Shown: positions 39,827 to 51,824 of the stretch, in pieces
Layout: the number at the start of each line of letters is the position of its first letter
Numbering within the stretch: position 1 is the first letter of the stretch
DNA from: Octopus sinensis
Taxonomy: Eukaryota
Reading direction: 5' to 3'
Assembly (NCBI RefSeq): GCF_006345805.1
Contig: NC_043013.1
Location: 38,688,001 to 38,752,000 of the forward strand
DNA: 64,000 nt
Made by a program: the position numbers and the translations under genes
The notes under the pieces: model-generated
What the model was told of the DNA's origin: nothing
Seen by the model: only the letters and a program-made list of their open reading frames with translations
Databases searched by the model: none

Positions 39827-39899
39827 AAGTTTTGAGGAAGTGTTGGTTGGTCTGATATATGTATTTATAGAAATCTGCTACACCAAATGGTATGAGTTC

Positions 39900-40371
39900 C
39901 AATGCTACATACAAAATCCTCAGAAATTAAATTTCATGCAACCAAACAATTCCGTTCCATCACGTTGCTGTTCAACGGACATCGCTTCTGAAAGTTTTTC
40001 CACTTCTTGTGTACTCAACAGTATCTGACTTATCTAGGAGTTACTCCTTCATCTCTCATAAGTCTCCCGAAGACGAATGTCAAAAGTGACATTGTTTCTT
40101 TTTTTCATACCAAGTCCTATATAAGACAAAAATATTTGTAAAGTATTTTATATGGGCAAACAAGGATTAAATAATTTTTACATATATTTTGTGATGCATA
40201 TATTTTCTCTGGGGTATAAAATACATAATATATTTTTCAATGAGATGGCAGTTGCATCTCTAAGCATTATTGTATGTTCTATGGAGGATCTTGCAAAAAA
40301 GTGTTTCCTCCAGATGTACACATAGCTGGAATCTGATAGGTCCTATATATCTGTATACACTCTTTCTCTCT

Positions 40372-40424
<53 letters not shown>

Positions 40425-41500
40425 AAGGTTTATATGAATATATATATGAAATCTTTGCAAAGTACTCCTGCGGTAGGAGAGGAAAATTGATTGAGTTTGG
40501 CATAATTTTGTCTGCAATACGGTAGATGGTGATACATGTTGTTAACTTCCATAGGCACATGGTCCATTAAATACTGGTGGAGATGAGTCCAAATTTAAAA
40601 TCTAGGATGGTGCCCTCTATGGAGAATGAGTTTTATCTGCCGTGCACAGGCTAACCTCATAAAGATTGTCGCAGTCTTTAACCTTTCGCTGTATTTATTA
40701 TTGTGTTGGTTTTTCCGTAGTGACAATATCAAAAAGTTTGCGAAGTAATGTACTAGTTTCTAGAACAGATATTTAAAGGTATTTTGTGTCAGTTTAATGA
40801 AGGATTTGATTGTGTAGGTGTTTAGAAATAAGACAGGTACTTGGCATACAACTAAATGTTGAAGCATGTATAGTAGAGCAGAAAACTTTATGTATTCATC
40901 GCATTGGAAAATTAAGGAGAGGGTCCATTCGTTGTTCTTTAATAGACTTTTTAATATCGGTGTTGCAATGGGTGCATACTTAATTCAGCTGTGCAGTTGT
41001 AATTTGAACAGTTTTAATGAGAATTCTCGCCATCATCAAACAAACTTCGCATGAGAAAAATGTTTCGCCAAGTTCGTTCAGACATTAAGATAGCTAACGA
41101 TGTTACAGCGTATTATCTTATGTTTGTGTCGGCTACACTGTTTTAAAACCGTATTACTTGTGTTATTTTCTGTGCTTTATGCTTTCTTCTTCAAGCTACT
41201 CTATGATCAGTACAATATCGTAACACTGAGCCTATCCATTAAAAGAGACGACATTTGAGCAAAAGCCGAATTATGAAAGAGATGATGTTTTCCTGTAGGT
41301 ATTTGCATTTTGTAAGTCACAATGAAATCAAGAGAAACTCAATGGATGCAATAATATAGGGCTGTAGTGACTGTCTGTAGGTCTTAATGAACATAGCATT
41401 CCTTTTTAAAAATAGACGAAGATACTATCAAAATACAAGTGACAGGAAACATAATTAAACAGGATGTGGCAAACGGAATTTAAAACTATGAATAATTATT
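39900..41500 (-). mobile_element. possible very old R4/Dong-like remnant
   Basis: Only scattered peptide similarities (DSHYSPILLHPL, PVHGR); many stops. Confidence 0.35.
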
Positions 41501-41565
41501 TCATTACGATATAAGAACAAAAACATAACAAAGCTACCTGGGTTCACGATGTTTTACACAGTTTA

Positions 41566-41665
41566 NNNNNNNNNNNNNNNNNNNNNNNNNNNNNNNNNNN
41601 NNNNNNNNNNNNNNNNNNNNNNNNNNNNNNNNNNNNNNNNNNNNNNNNNNNNNNNNNNNNNNNNN
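41566..41665. other. assembly gap (100 N)
   Basis: Exactly 100 Ns, typical of a scaffolding placeholder. Confidence 0.99.
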
Positions 41666-41865
41666 AACTTTTAGGATTTATGGGGTGGAGGGTTGCTTTA
41701 AAAAAAGATCGAAAAAAATTTATTTTTTCATTATCGTATGAATTTCCCTATGTAGAAACGAAATTCGCAAAAATTTTCTGAAAATTCTAAAACGTAAAAG
41801 AAAGTTCTGCCGGATTATATGGGATTATATGGGGTGTTTAAACCAGAATTCTGCTATTTGTCTTA

Positions 41866-42253
41866 TACTCTTTTACTCTTTTACTGGTTTCAGTCATTTG
41901 ACTGCGGCCATGCTGGAGCACCGCCTTTAATCGAGCAACTCGACCCCGGGACTTATTCTTTTGTAAGCCCAGTACTTACTCTATCGGTCTCTTTTGCCGA
42001 ACCGCTAAGTAACGGGGACATAAACACACCAGCATCAGTTGTCAAGCAATGCTAGGGGGACACACACAAATATATATATATACATATATACGACGGGCTT
42101 CTTTTCAGTTACCGTCTACCAAATCCACTCACAAGGCTTTGGTCGGCCCGAGGCTATAGTAGAAGATACTTGCCCAAGGTGCCACGCAGTGGGACTGAAC
42201 CCGGAACCATGTGGTTGGTAAACAAGCTACTTACCACACAGCCACTCCTGCGC
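41866..42253 (-). mobile_element. Full-length SINE family B
   Basis: Reverse complement of 11113-11566 with a short internal TA/CA tract. Confidence 0.9.
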
Positions 42254-42519
42254 TTGTTTTTTTTGTTTTTTTTTAAATTTATTTTTTACATTTTCCTTGT
42301 TTCAGTGATTTGATTGCGGTCATGCGGAGGCACCGAACTTTTTGTCGAATTAATGCCCTTCCCCCTTCTCCAGTACTTTTTTATATAAGCATGGTACTTA
42401 TTCTGTCGTTGCCTTTTTGCCGAATCGCTAGTTTGCGAGGACGTTAACACAGCAACGACGGTAGAGGGTACGGAAATATGCGTCGTGGTACATAGTTACG
42501 GTCCTTACAACATGGCATC

Positions 42520-42755
42520 ACAAGGCGAGCAAAAGTTGCGTGTGTGCTAACGTTCCTCCTTTATTTATGTGAGACATGAACCTTTTACAGGCATCATGTA
42601 AAGGATCCACCAGCGATGTCTGAATGTTGGCCGATCCTTGCAAACTACAGCCAGACACAGAGGTCTTGACGAGAGCCGAAGTCCTGAGCATTGAGGCAAT
42701 GGTTGCTAAAGCACCGTTTACATTGGACTGGACACCTTGTCGGAGAATCTCTGAG
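42520..42755 (+). mobile_element. RTE-clade LINE RT fragment
   Basis: CVLTFLLYLCET*TFYRHHVK and DTEVLTRAEVLSIEAMVAK / HRLHWTGHLV match the LLYGCETWT and RLRW.GHV.RM motifs of RTE elements. Confidence 0.7.
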
Positions 42756-43057
42756 TAGATACAGACGTACATAGATACATTCATACACACACACATACAT
42801 GCATACATACATATATGCATACCTATGTATGTATATTTACATGTGTGTATTCCTGAGCGTGTGTGTGTGTGTGTGTGTGTGATTTTGGGTATATTTTCAG
42901 CAAAAATTTAAGTATTCACTATCATTTTGAGCACATAATATGTTTGAAAAAATGCAAAGAATTTAACTATTCCGTTTCACGGCGATAAAACGTTGGGAAA
43001 CTGTCAGTACACCCTAACTAGTGAAATTATGTGTATCCTTTTTTTCTGATATATACA

Positions 43058-43107
<50 letters not shown>

Positions 43108-43245
43108 CCTACCTACCTACCTACTTATACACACATATACATACGTACATACATACATACATACATAAATACATACATATATATATATATATATAACACA
43201 CACACACATACATGTAATATGTATGTCTGTGTATATATATATATG

Positions 43246-43294
<49 letters not shown>

Positions 43295-43824
43295 TATATA
43301 ATATATACATGCATACATATATACATGTACATACATATACATATACATATATATTTAAATAAATATATATATATATATATATATATATGCATGTTTGAAT
43401 AAACATACATGTGTGTGTGTGTACTAGTGTTATTTCGTCTAATTCTTTCTCTTGCCCTAGAGACGTTTTCGGTCTCCCTCGGCTCCTGTTTGTTATAACA
43501 AACAGTGAAACCATTTTTTCTTTCAACAGTCGAATATGTAAATTCTAAATGTTCCGTGACTAAGTGTTAGTTACAAACACCGCGTGGGAGCCAGGCCCCT
43601 GTCCTCTTCACCAACAAACAGCGAAGGCGACCACAGTTGAAAAGAAATTTATAGGAAAACTCCCTAGTTTTCTGAGACTAAGTGCTGGAAATACAGTCTA
43701 TCCAAGGATCTACGATGACAAAATGACATGCTTTTTCTCTCGAGTATTTCACTGCCCTCTCTACTCTCTTTTACTAGTTTTAGCTCGAGGGTGATGGCCG
43801 TGCTGGGGCACCACCAATGCCATA

Positions 43825-44228
43825 TCTTTATATATAAAACTGAAGTTGTGTGGTGTCTGTCTCCTACGATTTAGATTCCTAACTACTCCCACATTTTGCG
43901 GTGCAGTTTAACCAAAACCGGGTGTCTTATAGTCGTGATTCATATCGAGCCCTTCTGGGTATTAACGCGCGTCTACGATGAGTCTACGATTTTAAAAAAT
44001 AATTTACCATCATTTTTTTCCATTTTAATGCATTTTTTCGTTATTATATAAGGGAAGTAACTTTCTAAAAATGTCTACAATGAGTCAACGATTTAAAAAA
44101 GAATTTACCATATTTTTTTTTTCATTTTTAATGCATTTTTTTTTGCTATTTTTTGGCTATAATTCTCTAAAAATGCTTATATAGTTATTTCCCTTACAAA
44201 CCCGAGCAACACCGGGTGATATTGCTAG
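43825..44228 (+). mobile_element. non-autonomous Helitron
   Basis: A|TC start (43825), subterminal hairpin cccg-agcaaca-ccggg (44201-44216), CTAG|T end (44228), no TSD; internal ~70-bp duplication. Confidence 0.8.
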
Positions 44229-44316
44229 TAACTAATATAATTCAGTGAATGCGGGTCGATGACAAGGTTGCAGTTGGTTGGGCAAAACTTCTGGTAACCC
44301 ATGAGATTATTAATAA

Positions 44317-44707
44317 ACTCTTTTACTTGTTTCAGTCATTTGACTGCTGTGGCCATGCTGGAGCACCGCCTTTAGTCGACCAAATCGTCCCCCAAGACTT
44401 ATCCTTTGTAAACCTAGTACTTATTCTGTCGGTCTCTTTTGCCGAACCGCTAGGTTACGGGGACGTAAACACACCAGCATCGGTTGTCAAGCGATGTTTG
44501 GGGGACAAACACAGACACACACACACACATATATATATACATATACGTATATACGACGGGCTTCTTTCAGTTGCCGTCTACTAAATTCACTCACAAGACT
44601 TTGGTCGACCCGAGGCTAAAGTAGAAGACACTTGCCCAAGGTGCCACGCAGTGGGACTGAACTCGGAACCATGTGGTCGGTAAGCAAGCTACTTATCACA
44701 CAGCCAC
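44317..44707 (-). mobile_element. SINE family B
   Basis: Matches 41866-42253. Confidence 0.9.
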
Positions 44708-44983
44708 AACAGTTTATGTTTTTCTTCAATGGTAAAATGTTTCTTCCACGATGTAATTAGTTCAGTTTCAAGACATGGTTTCAGGTCGAATCAATATTTT
44801 CTGATGAACGATTGAATCCATCTATCGAAACGATATTCGAAAGTGTTTTTCCCTCACACATTTACATTAAGTTTCGCAACAGAAATGCGTCAAGGTGTGG
44901 GAGAAATCGCCCACAGTAAAATAACCCAGTCTTGTAGCGGCAGGAGGGGGGAATGTTAAAGTTCATGGGATCTTCCTTTAGAT

Positions 44984-45250
44984 CAGTGATTCTCAACCAG
45001 GGTACATATGACCCTTAAGGATCCATATAAGATTTTGTTGCTAAAATTTATGTGTCATAAATTGGTCATACTTCTACAATATACAAAATATTCTAACGTT
45101 TGTTTTATGCAATTCCTAATAAAATGTAATTATAAAAATGTAATAGGATTTTTTTAAACATCGAATGACTATGAAGTGTATGTCCCCACCCACCCCGAGT
45201 AAAATATGAATGAAAGGGTTTCAAAGGTAAAAGCTGGTTGAGTACCACTA
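44984..45250. mobile_element. hAT/Charlie-like MITE
   Basis: Ends cagtgattctcaacc / ggttgagtaccacta; 8-bp TSD not preserved. Confidence 0.5.
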
Positions 45251-46161
45251 TCCATTTTATGGTAAATGCACCTGTGGGGGAAATTAGTCTAATGAAGAGG
45301 TCTAATAAGACCGAAACATGTTTGGAGCTACTACATAGAATTTAGCTATTCATAATGTACTGACTGGTCACAGCCTTATATACTTCATTTTTTTTTAGCC
45401 CCACCATATTTATTAGATGGTGGCATTGAAGAACAGTTGATATATAAAGTTGTGAAACTGGCAGTATATTTAAACAAAGACTAGCAAGACCCGTGAATAT
45501 TTCACAGGATTAAGGGTAAACCCATTGGGTTACTTCTGAAAACTTTATCCAAAAAACCTGAAAGTGTAGCCTGTATCGCGTCTGTATAGAACGATAGTCG
45601 CTCATCTGCTACTCATTGAAAAGTGAAAGAAATTGGAATACGATGATTACTTAATGCAGTTTATATATACACTTTATATACTTGCAGGATTTTATAGAAT
45701 TAATACACAGCACACAGAAAATAAATATTCACTCTTATTTTTCCATTTTTCGCATAAACGAAACAAAAAATATCTCTTATATATGATGCAGCCTTTCATT
45801 AAATTTCGTTAAATCTGCTACGTAAATAAGCGTGAATATTTCACAGAATTACACTTATGCACATGCGATAGCTGTTATAAAAAACTAAGTTCAGTTTTTT
45901 TTTTAAATACACTTTTCACTACCCAATACCACCACCACCTCCATCTCTTCCGCTACCATCATTACCGCTCTCTCTCTCTCACCTTGTCTTTCTTTCACCT
46001 CACCATCAGAACATCATCTCTCTGCTAAAATTATATATTTTTAACTCATTTCCTCTACCCTCAACTAACTTTTTTAACCAATTAATAAATATTACATTCC
46101 CCCTACCTCACGTCATGAACGCTTCTCCCTCCCTCTTTTTCTTTTTTCTGTCTCATACGTA

Positions 46162-46326
46162 AACGACGGGTTTCTATCAGTTTCCGTCAACCAAATCCAC
46201 TCACAAGGCTTTGGTCGGACCGAGGCTATACTAGAAGACACTCGGCCAAGGTGCCACGCAGTAGGACTGAACCCAGAACTATGTGGTTCGTAAGCAAGCT
46301 ACTTACCACACAGCCACTCCTACGCC
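46162..46326 (-). mobile_element. SINE family B, head half
   Basis: acgacgggtttctatcagtttccgtc...accacacagccactcctacgcct. Confidence 0.85.
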
Positions 46327-46347
46327 TATCAAACAAAATACAAATTC

Positions 46348-46745
46348 TAACTCTTGACCGCGGGGACGGTAATCGCCCCAACAGAATAACCTTCTCATTC
46401 GAGGGATGCAGATCCCTGAAGTGGGACGCGACGCACAGCGACATGTTCTCCGGCTCCAACCCTGCTGCTTTAGCTGCAAAACCGGGTATCGGTTTTGAAA
46501 CCCGTAACGCATAAGAGAGAAAGATAAATAAATACAGGAGAGTAACCGGCCACTATCAGGTTATGCCGGTGACCGTCGAGACTTCAAGTGTCCTTGAACC
46601 CCACACTACCGGTTTCATCCGTAAAATCTGGATAACAGCTGCCCGCCCGAGAAACGAACCCCACGAGGTGGTGTAGCTGCTACGAGTTTCGGCTGACCAT
46701 TCTCTGCAGCAACGCCATCGCAATGTGTTGGCGGCTTCTGTTTTT
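46348..46745 (+). mobile_element. CRE-like non-LTR retrotransposon restriction-like endonuclease remnant
   Basis: One frame reads TLDRGDGNRPNRITFSFEGCRSLKWDATHSDMFSGSN...RNA*ERKINKYRRVTGHYQVMPVTVETSSVL, matching RPDG..WD.T..DT....AE..K..KY..F.P.AVET. Confidence 0.72.
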
Positions 46746-47725
46746 TTGGGGTTTTTTCGGCAGTGGGGTTCAAATTCATGCAGTAGCAATCTATTCACCG
46801 TGAATAGACTTGCCTCTACGTGTGGTTTCAATTTCTTTGCAGTTAGCTCATACACTACGGAAATATTTTCACTAATAAGTCTTCTGAATATAGATTGTTG
46901 TTTGCATTAAGATTCTTTTAAAAGTGCTAGCTCGTCTAAATACAATGTTACCATTTAAACCGCCATATTTCTTTTGCTTGGTCAAATAATGGCGTTCAAG
47001 ATTCTACTTTTTATGAATAACACCCAAATCTTTACAAATAAGCCATGCATGCATACACAACACACACACACACACACATTTTTCATTTACTTCTATGGAA
47101 AGGTATCTATCTGTCCATTTACCTTCGAAAAAAGAACTATCGCCAAAAAAGAAAAAAAACTCCTTTTCTTTTGCTGGCATTGCAAGAAGAGTTATTTTTA
47201 TGCATTTTACAACATTTCATTAAAATCTAGGTGTTGTTCTTATCACACACACACACACACACACACTGACAAAATAGACGATTGACCACGCATTTTTTCA
47301 TTGGCTCTTTTCACACGACCATATATAGACTGCACTATTTTCATTGACACTTTTGATTTGACACAACATAACCTATTCACGTGAATACAGAGATTTGGAA
47401 CGCTCTTTAAAAGATTTGGTGGCCACGGTTGGAACTCTCCTAAAATGGGTTATCATATCTGGGATGTTGGTGGCGCTTTCCACAAATAAGTTCATTTTTT
47501 AATAAGATTGAAATTTAAATTAGAAAACAAAATTTGTGAAATTATTTTATTATCAATTACGTTTTTTCTTATATATATATAAAAAAAAGGGAGAAAATAA
47601 TTGTATAAAATAGAAAGAAAACATGTAAAAGAAAAATAGAAAAAAACAAAAACTACCGATACTTTTCTGTTTTTCTTGGACGGATTACCTGTTGTCTATT
47701 AATAATAATAATAATAATAATAATG

Positions 47726-47930
47726 ATGATTTCAAATTTTGGCACAAGACCAATAATTTTAGTGGAGGAGTAAGTCGATAACATGAACCCCACCAGGGAT
47801 GAAAATTAAAGTCGACCTCGGTGGAATTTGAACTTGGGATGTAAAGACATGAAATGCTGCTAAGCATATTGCCCAGCATGGTAACAATTCTGCCAGCTCA
47901 CCACCTTACTACTACTACTACTACTACTAC

Positions 47931-47963
<33 letters not shown>

Positions 47964-48740
47964 TAATAATAATAATAATCCTTTCGGCTACAGGCATAAG
48001 GCCTAAAATTTTGTGGAGAAGGGAGCTTTTTGATTACATCCACCCATGCTAAACTGGTACTTACTTTCTTCACCCCCCCCCCCCCACCCCCGAAAAGTGG
48101 AAAGGCAAAGCTGACCATGGCAGAATTTGAACTCAGAATGTAAAGCATTTTGTCCAGTGTGCTAACGATTCTGCCAGCTCACTGCCTTAAGAATAATAAT
48201 AATAATAATAATAATAATCCTTTATACTATAGGCACAAGGCCTGAAATTTGGCGAAGGGGTCAGTCAATTACATCGACACCAGTACTCAACTGGTACTTA
48301 TTTTATTGAGCCCCGAAAGGAGGAAAGGCAAAGTTGACCCCAAATAATAATAATAATAATAATATAATAATAATAATAATCCTTTATACTATAGGCACAA
48401 GGCCTGAAATTTGGCGAAGGGGACAGTCAATTATATTGACCGCAGTATTTAACTGGTACTTATTTTATTGACCCCTGAAAGGAGGAAAGGCAAAGTTGAC
48501 CCCAAATAATAATAATAATAATAGTTTCTAACTTAAGCACAAGACAAGCAATGTAGGAGATTAGTTGATGATACTGACTCCTGTACTTAACAGGTAATTT
48601 ATTTTATTGACCCAGAAAGGATGAAAGTTAAAATAAACCTTGGCAGGATTTGAACTCAGAATTTAAAGGGCCAGAAAAAATACCACAAGACCCCTTTATT
48701 TAATATTCTAACAGTTCTACCAAATCACTGCCCTACACTA
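47726..48740 (-). mobile_element. Stack of at least 5 SINE copies (family C head/core, alternative tail with (TTA)n)
   Basis: Units at ~47726-47907, 47977-48188, 48216-48342, 48377-48504, 48525-48737, all the same orientation and separated by (TAA)n. Confidence 0.8.
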
Positions 48741-49008
48741 ATGATTGAAACTACCACTTGTTTCTATCTTAAACACAAGGAACAAACATTTTCGGTGTAA
48801 GTGTACAGCCATCCTATTCAAACCCCCAGGATTCAACTGGTATAAACTTCATCAAACTTAGAAAGGTGAAAAGTAAAGATGATGCTTGTACTTGACAAGT
48901 GCTTTATTTTATTGATCCCTGAATGATGAAACACAAAGATGATCTTAGTTTGGATTTGAACATGAACTACAAAGAAACATGACTAAATGTAAGAATATAT
49001 TGTTTTAA

Positions 49009-49220
49009 CCCTTTAGTGTTTAAACTGGCCATATCCGGCCAAAATATTCTACCTATTTTATGTTCAAACTAGTCAGATTCATAGCTACCTTATTGTGTCA
49101 TTTTAAAAATAAACAATCACATCATTGTAATCTCAAAGCCATGAAATGATACAAGATTAATTTTACATGGTGTGAATACATAAGCTTTACATTTGACAGA
49201 ATAATCTGAATGCTAAAGGG
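49009..49220. mobile_element. piggyBac-type MITE
   Basis: TTAA|ccctttag...ctaaaggg|TTAA. Confidence 0.75.
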
Positions 49221-49327
49221 TTAAACCCCCAGTGTTCTGAGTGTTTGTTATTTTATCAAACTTGGAAGGGTGAAAAACAAAAGCTGACCGTAGTAGGATC
49301 TGAACTTGGAATAGCATAACTAAATAC

Positions 49328-49553
49328 GTATTTCTTTACTACCCACAAGGGGCTAAACACAGAGGGGACAAACAAGGATAGACACACGGATTAAGTCGAT
49401 TACATTGACCCCAGTTCATAACTAGTACTTAATTTATCGACCCTGAAAGGATGAAAGGCAAAGTTGACCTCAGCGGAATTTGAACTCACAACGTAACGGC
49501 AGACGAAATACCACTAGGCATTTCACCCGGCGTGCTAACATTTCTGCCAGCTC
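49328..49553 (-). mobile_element. SINE family C with 20-bp TSD
   Basis: ggaatagcataactaaatac at 49308-49327 and 49554-49573. Confidence 0.92.
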
Positions 49554-49840
49554 GGAATAGCATAACTAAATACCACAAGGTATTTTTTTCTCTAGCATTC
49601 TCTAACGGTATATCAAATAGGTAATGATTTCTTAGACAGACACAAAGCTAGGAGTTTTTAATGGTATGTATCATCCGATTAAATTGATCCCAGGGCCTGA
49701 CCAACGCTTTATGTGCCATATCTGCCAAAGAAGAAGAGAGAAAAAGAAAAAAAACAGGACAAGTAAGGAAAATTACAAAAAAAAAATAAAAAGTCATTTG
49801 TTTAGGCTATGCAGGGATCTGGGAGGGAATTGCAGGACAG

Positions 49841-50008
49841 CTAATAAATTGACATATTGGTGCTTTGCATTGAGCTTATTCTGTTGGAGCTATCAAAAGT
49901 AGTATGCCTATCATCTTCTTCAATGTCATCCTCATCATCGTCGTCGTCATCGTCATCTTCATCATCATCATCATCATCGTCGTCGTCGTCGTCAACATCC
50001 TCAAATGT
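49841..50008 (-). CDS. CIBAR1: FAM92/CIBAR-family terminal coding exon (acidic tail)
   Basis: Acceptor ctttttcctctttctttttttgtag; phase 0: TFEDVDDDDDDDDDDDEDDDDDDDDEDDIEEDDRHTTFDSSNRISSMQSTNMSIY*. The vertebrate FAM92A C-terminus is also acidic (recalled, not searched). Confidence 0.72.
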   Translation of the reverse strand, partial: TFEDVDDDDDDDDDDDEDDDDDDDDEDDIEEDDRHTTFDSSNRISSMQSTNMSIY

Positions 50009-50089
50009 CTACAAAAAAAGAAAGAGGAAAAAGTATAAGAAAAAATATACAAATATATATATAATTGTTGTCCACCACGGCGTCCAGTC

Positions 50090-50520
50090 CTTATTGTGGT
50101 GGCTTGTGTGACTTGCGACCCTGAGAGCTAGGTCAATACTGCTTTCCATGCTGCATGGGTCAAAGTATAGAGGTCACTTCTTCCCAGGGGTAAAAATGGG
50201 TTTACATAGGGCCAACGCCCCTACCTACAAAACAGCAAAGCTACGAAAGCATTGATAATAATTCAAAACCAACAAGTTCCAAAAGCTACACCAGAGGAGG
50301 GCAAGCTCCAGGTAGAGCTTCCTACGTAGGACAGGTTAAAGGATAGAGGTCAGACTAATTATGGACGCCTCTTCCAAGAGGTAAAAATGGTTTTGCATAG
50401 GGTCAAGCTTCCTGTAGGTGGTTGTCGATACAATCTGCACCCAACAATAATTGCAAGCAGGAGAGGATGTGCAAAATAGCCCAAAACCAGTTGGTCTGCT
50501 GGTCCTGTCAAGTCACTAGA
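50090..50520 (+). mobile_element. possible RTE-type 5' UTR remnant
   Basis: gaccctgagagct, caggttaaaggatagaggtcagac and gggccaacgccctacctacaaaa resemble RTE 5' UTRs; internally duplicated. Confidence 0.35.
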
Positions 50521-50560
50521 AGATGGTAAGGGTTTGTTTCCCTGCTTGCAATATATATTT

Positions 50561-50761
50561 ATTTCTTTATTGCTCACAGGGGACTAAACATAGAGGGGAC
50601 AAACAAGGATAGACAAAGAGATTAAGTCGATTATATCGATCCCCAATGCGTAACTGGTACTTATTTAATTGACCCCGAGAGGATGAAAGATAAAGTTGAC
50701 CTCGGCGGAATTTGAACTCAGAACGCTAAGCATTTCGCCTGGCGTGCTAACCATTCTGCCA
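50561..50761 (-). mobile_element. SINE family C
   Basis: Matches 49328-49553. Confidence 0.85.
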
Positions 50762-50985
50762 GGCAGATTGCATTGATAGGTAGCTGGAGGAGGCTCCTCC
50801 TGGGGTTAAAAACAGTAGTAACATCAGGTCCAGTGGAACAACCATGTACAAGTGGTGATAAATATTACTTCTCAGTATAGACATTACTTTCATTTCTATT
50901 AGAGATTTTCTAACTAGCTACTTCGCATGATATCAATAAGGTTTCACCGAAAATACAAATTTGAAAAAATTTCCCTGCTACATAC

Positions 50986-51129
50986 CATTACCGAAGACAT
51001 AGTCTGCGGGATCTTGCCAAGTGAACCACTGTCTGGCTTTGAAATGCGAGGTGAGCTTTCTATCGATGCTTTCTGAGCTATCTCCATTCGAGATGTGAAA
51101 GTTGGTGGGTGTATGTGTTTCCGAAATTC
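50986..51129 (-). CDS. CIBAR1: FAM92/CIBAR-family internal exon
   Basis: Acceptor aacttttttcatag, donor ATG|gtatgt; 48 codons EFRKHIHPPTFTSRMEIAQKASIESSPRISKPDSGSLGKIPQTMSSVM; start resembles FAM92A VFRNSLYAPDYSSRLDIVR (recalled). Confidence 0.8.
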
Positions 51130-51451
51130 CTATGAAAAAAGTTACATTAAGTTAACAGTGAAGGAAGAGAAAAAAAGAGAAGTATACACAAAGACACATG
51201 CAATCATTTGACTTGCTAGAAACAGCAGCAGAATCTATTTTCAATCACACCGCATCTTCCAAAACTAATGGGTACATTGGACAATGGAGTTCTAGATAGG
51301 CATAGGCATTGCTGTGTTAAGAAACTCATTTTGCAACCATGTGGTTTGGGGTTCAGTCCTACTGCATACCAGCTTAGACAAGTGTCTTCTACTATAACCC
51401 CAGGCTGAACAATGTAAGTGAATTTGGTAGTCAGAAACTGTACGGAAGCCC

Positions 51452-51487
<36 letters not shown>

Positions 51488-51585
51488 TGTGCGTGTGTGT
51501 GTGTGTGTCGTCTTTGTGTTTTTCTCCACTACCACTTTCATTGTTGATATTATCTGTCTAAGGCAGCAAGCTAGCAGAGGCAAAC

Positions 51586-51807
51586 TTCTTTTCTACTCTA
51601 TGCACGAGGCCCGAAATCTTTGGGGAGGGGGGGGGAGCAGTTGATTAGATCGACCCCAGTATGCAACTGACACATAATTTATCGACCCCCGAAAGGATGA
51701 AAGGCAAAGTCAACCTCAGCGGAATTTGAACTCAGAATGTAAAGACAGATGAAATACCGCTAAGCATTTTGCCCACCGTGCTAACGTTTCTGCCAGTTCA
51801 CCGCCTA
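51586..51807 (-). mobile_element. SINE (family C core, alternative tail)
   Basis: gcacgaggcccgaaat tail and ctgccagttcaccgcct head. Confidence 0.8.
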
Positions 51808-51824
51808 AGAAGCAAACTTCCTAC

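Noticed and set aside
46958-47400. YY1-like ccgccatatt, CCAAT and CACGTG motifs as a promoter
   Set aside because: Short motifs with no downstream exon; the neighbouring gene ends rather than starts here.
47444-47490. IWDVGG peptide resembling the Arf/G-alpha G3 box
   Set aside because: No following Q, immediate stop and no splice context; chance match.
47700-48740. Repeat-spacer-like periodicity suggestive of CRISPR
   Set aside because: Units are diverged SINEs separated by (TAA)n in a eukaryotic context; no cas genes.
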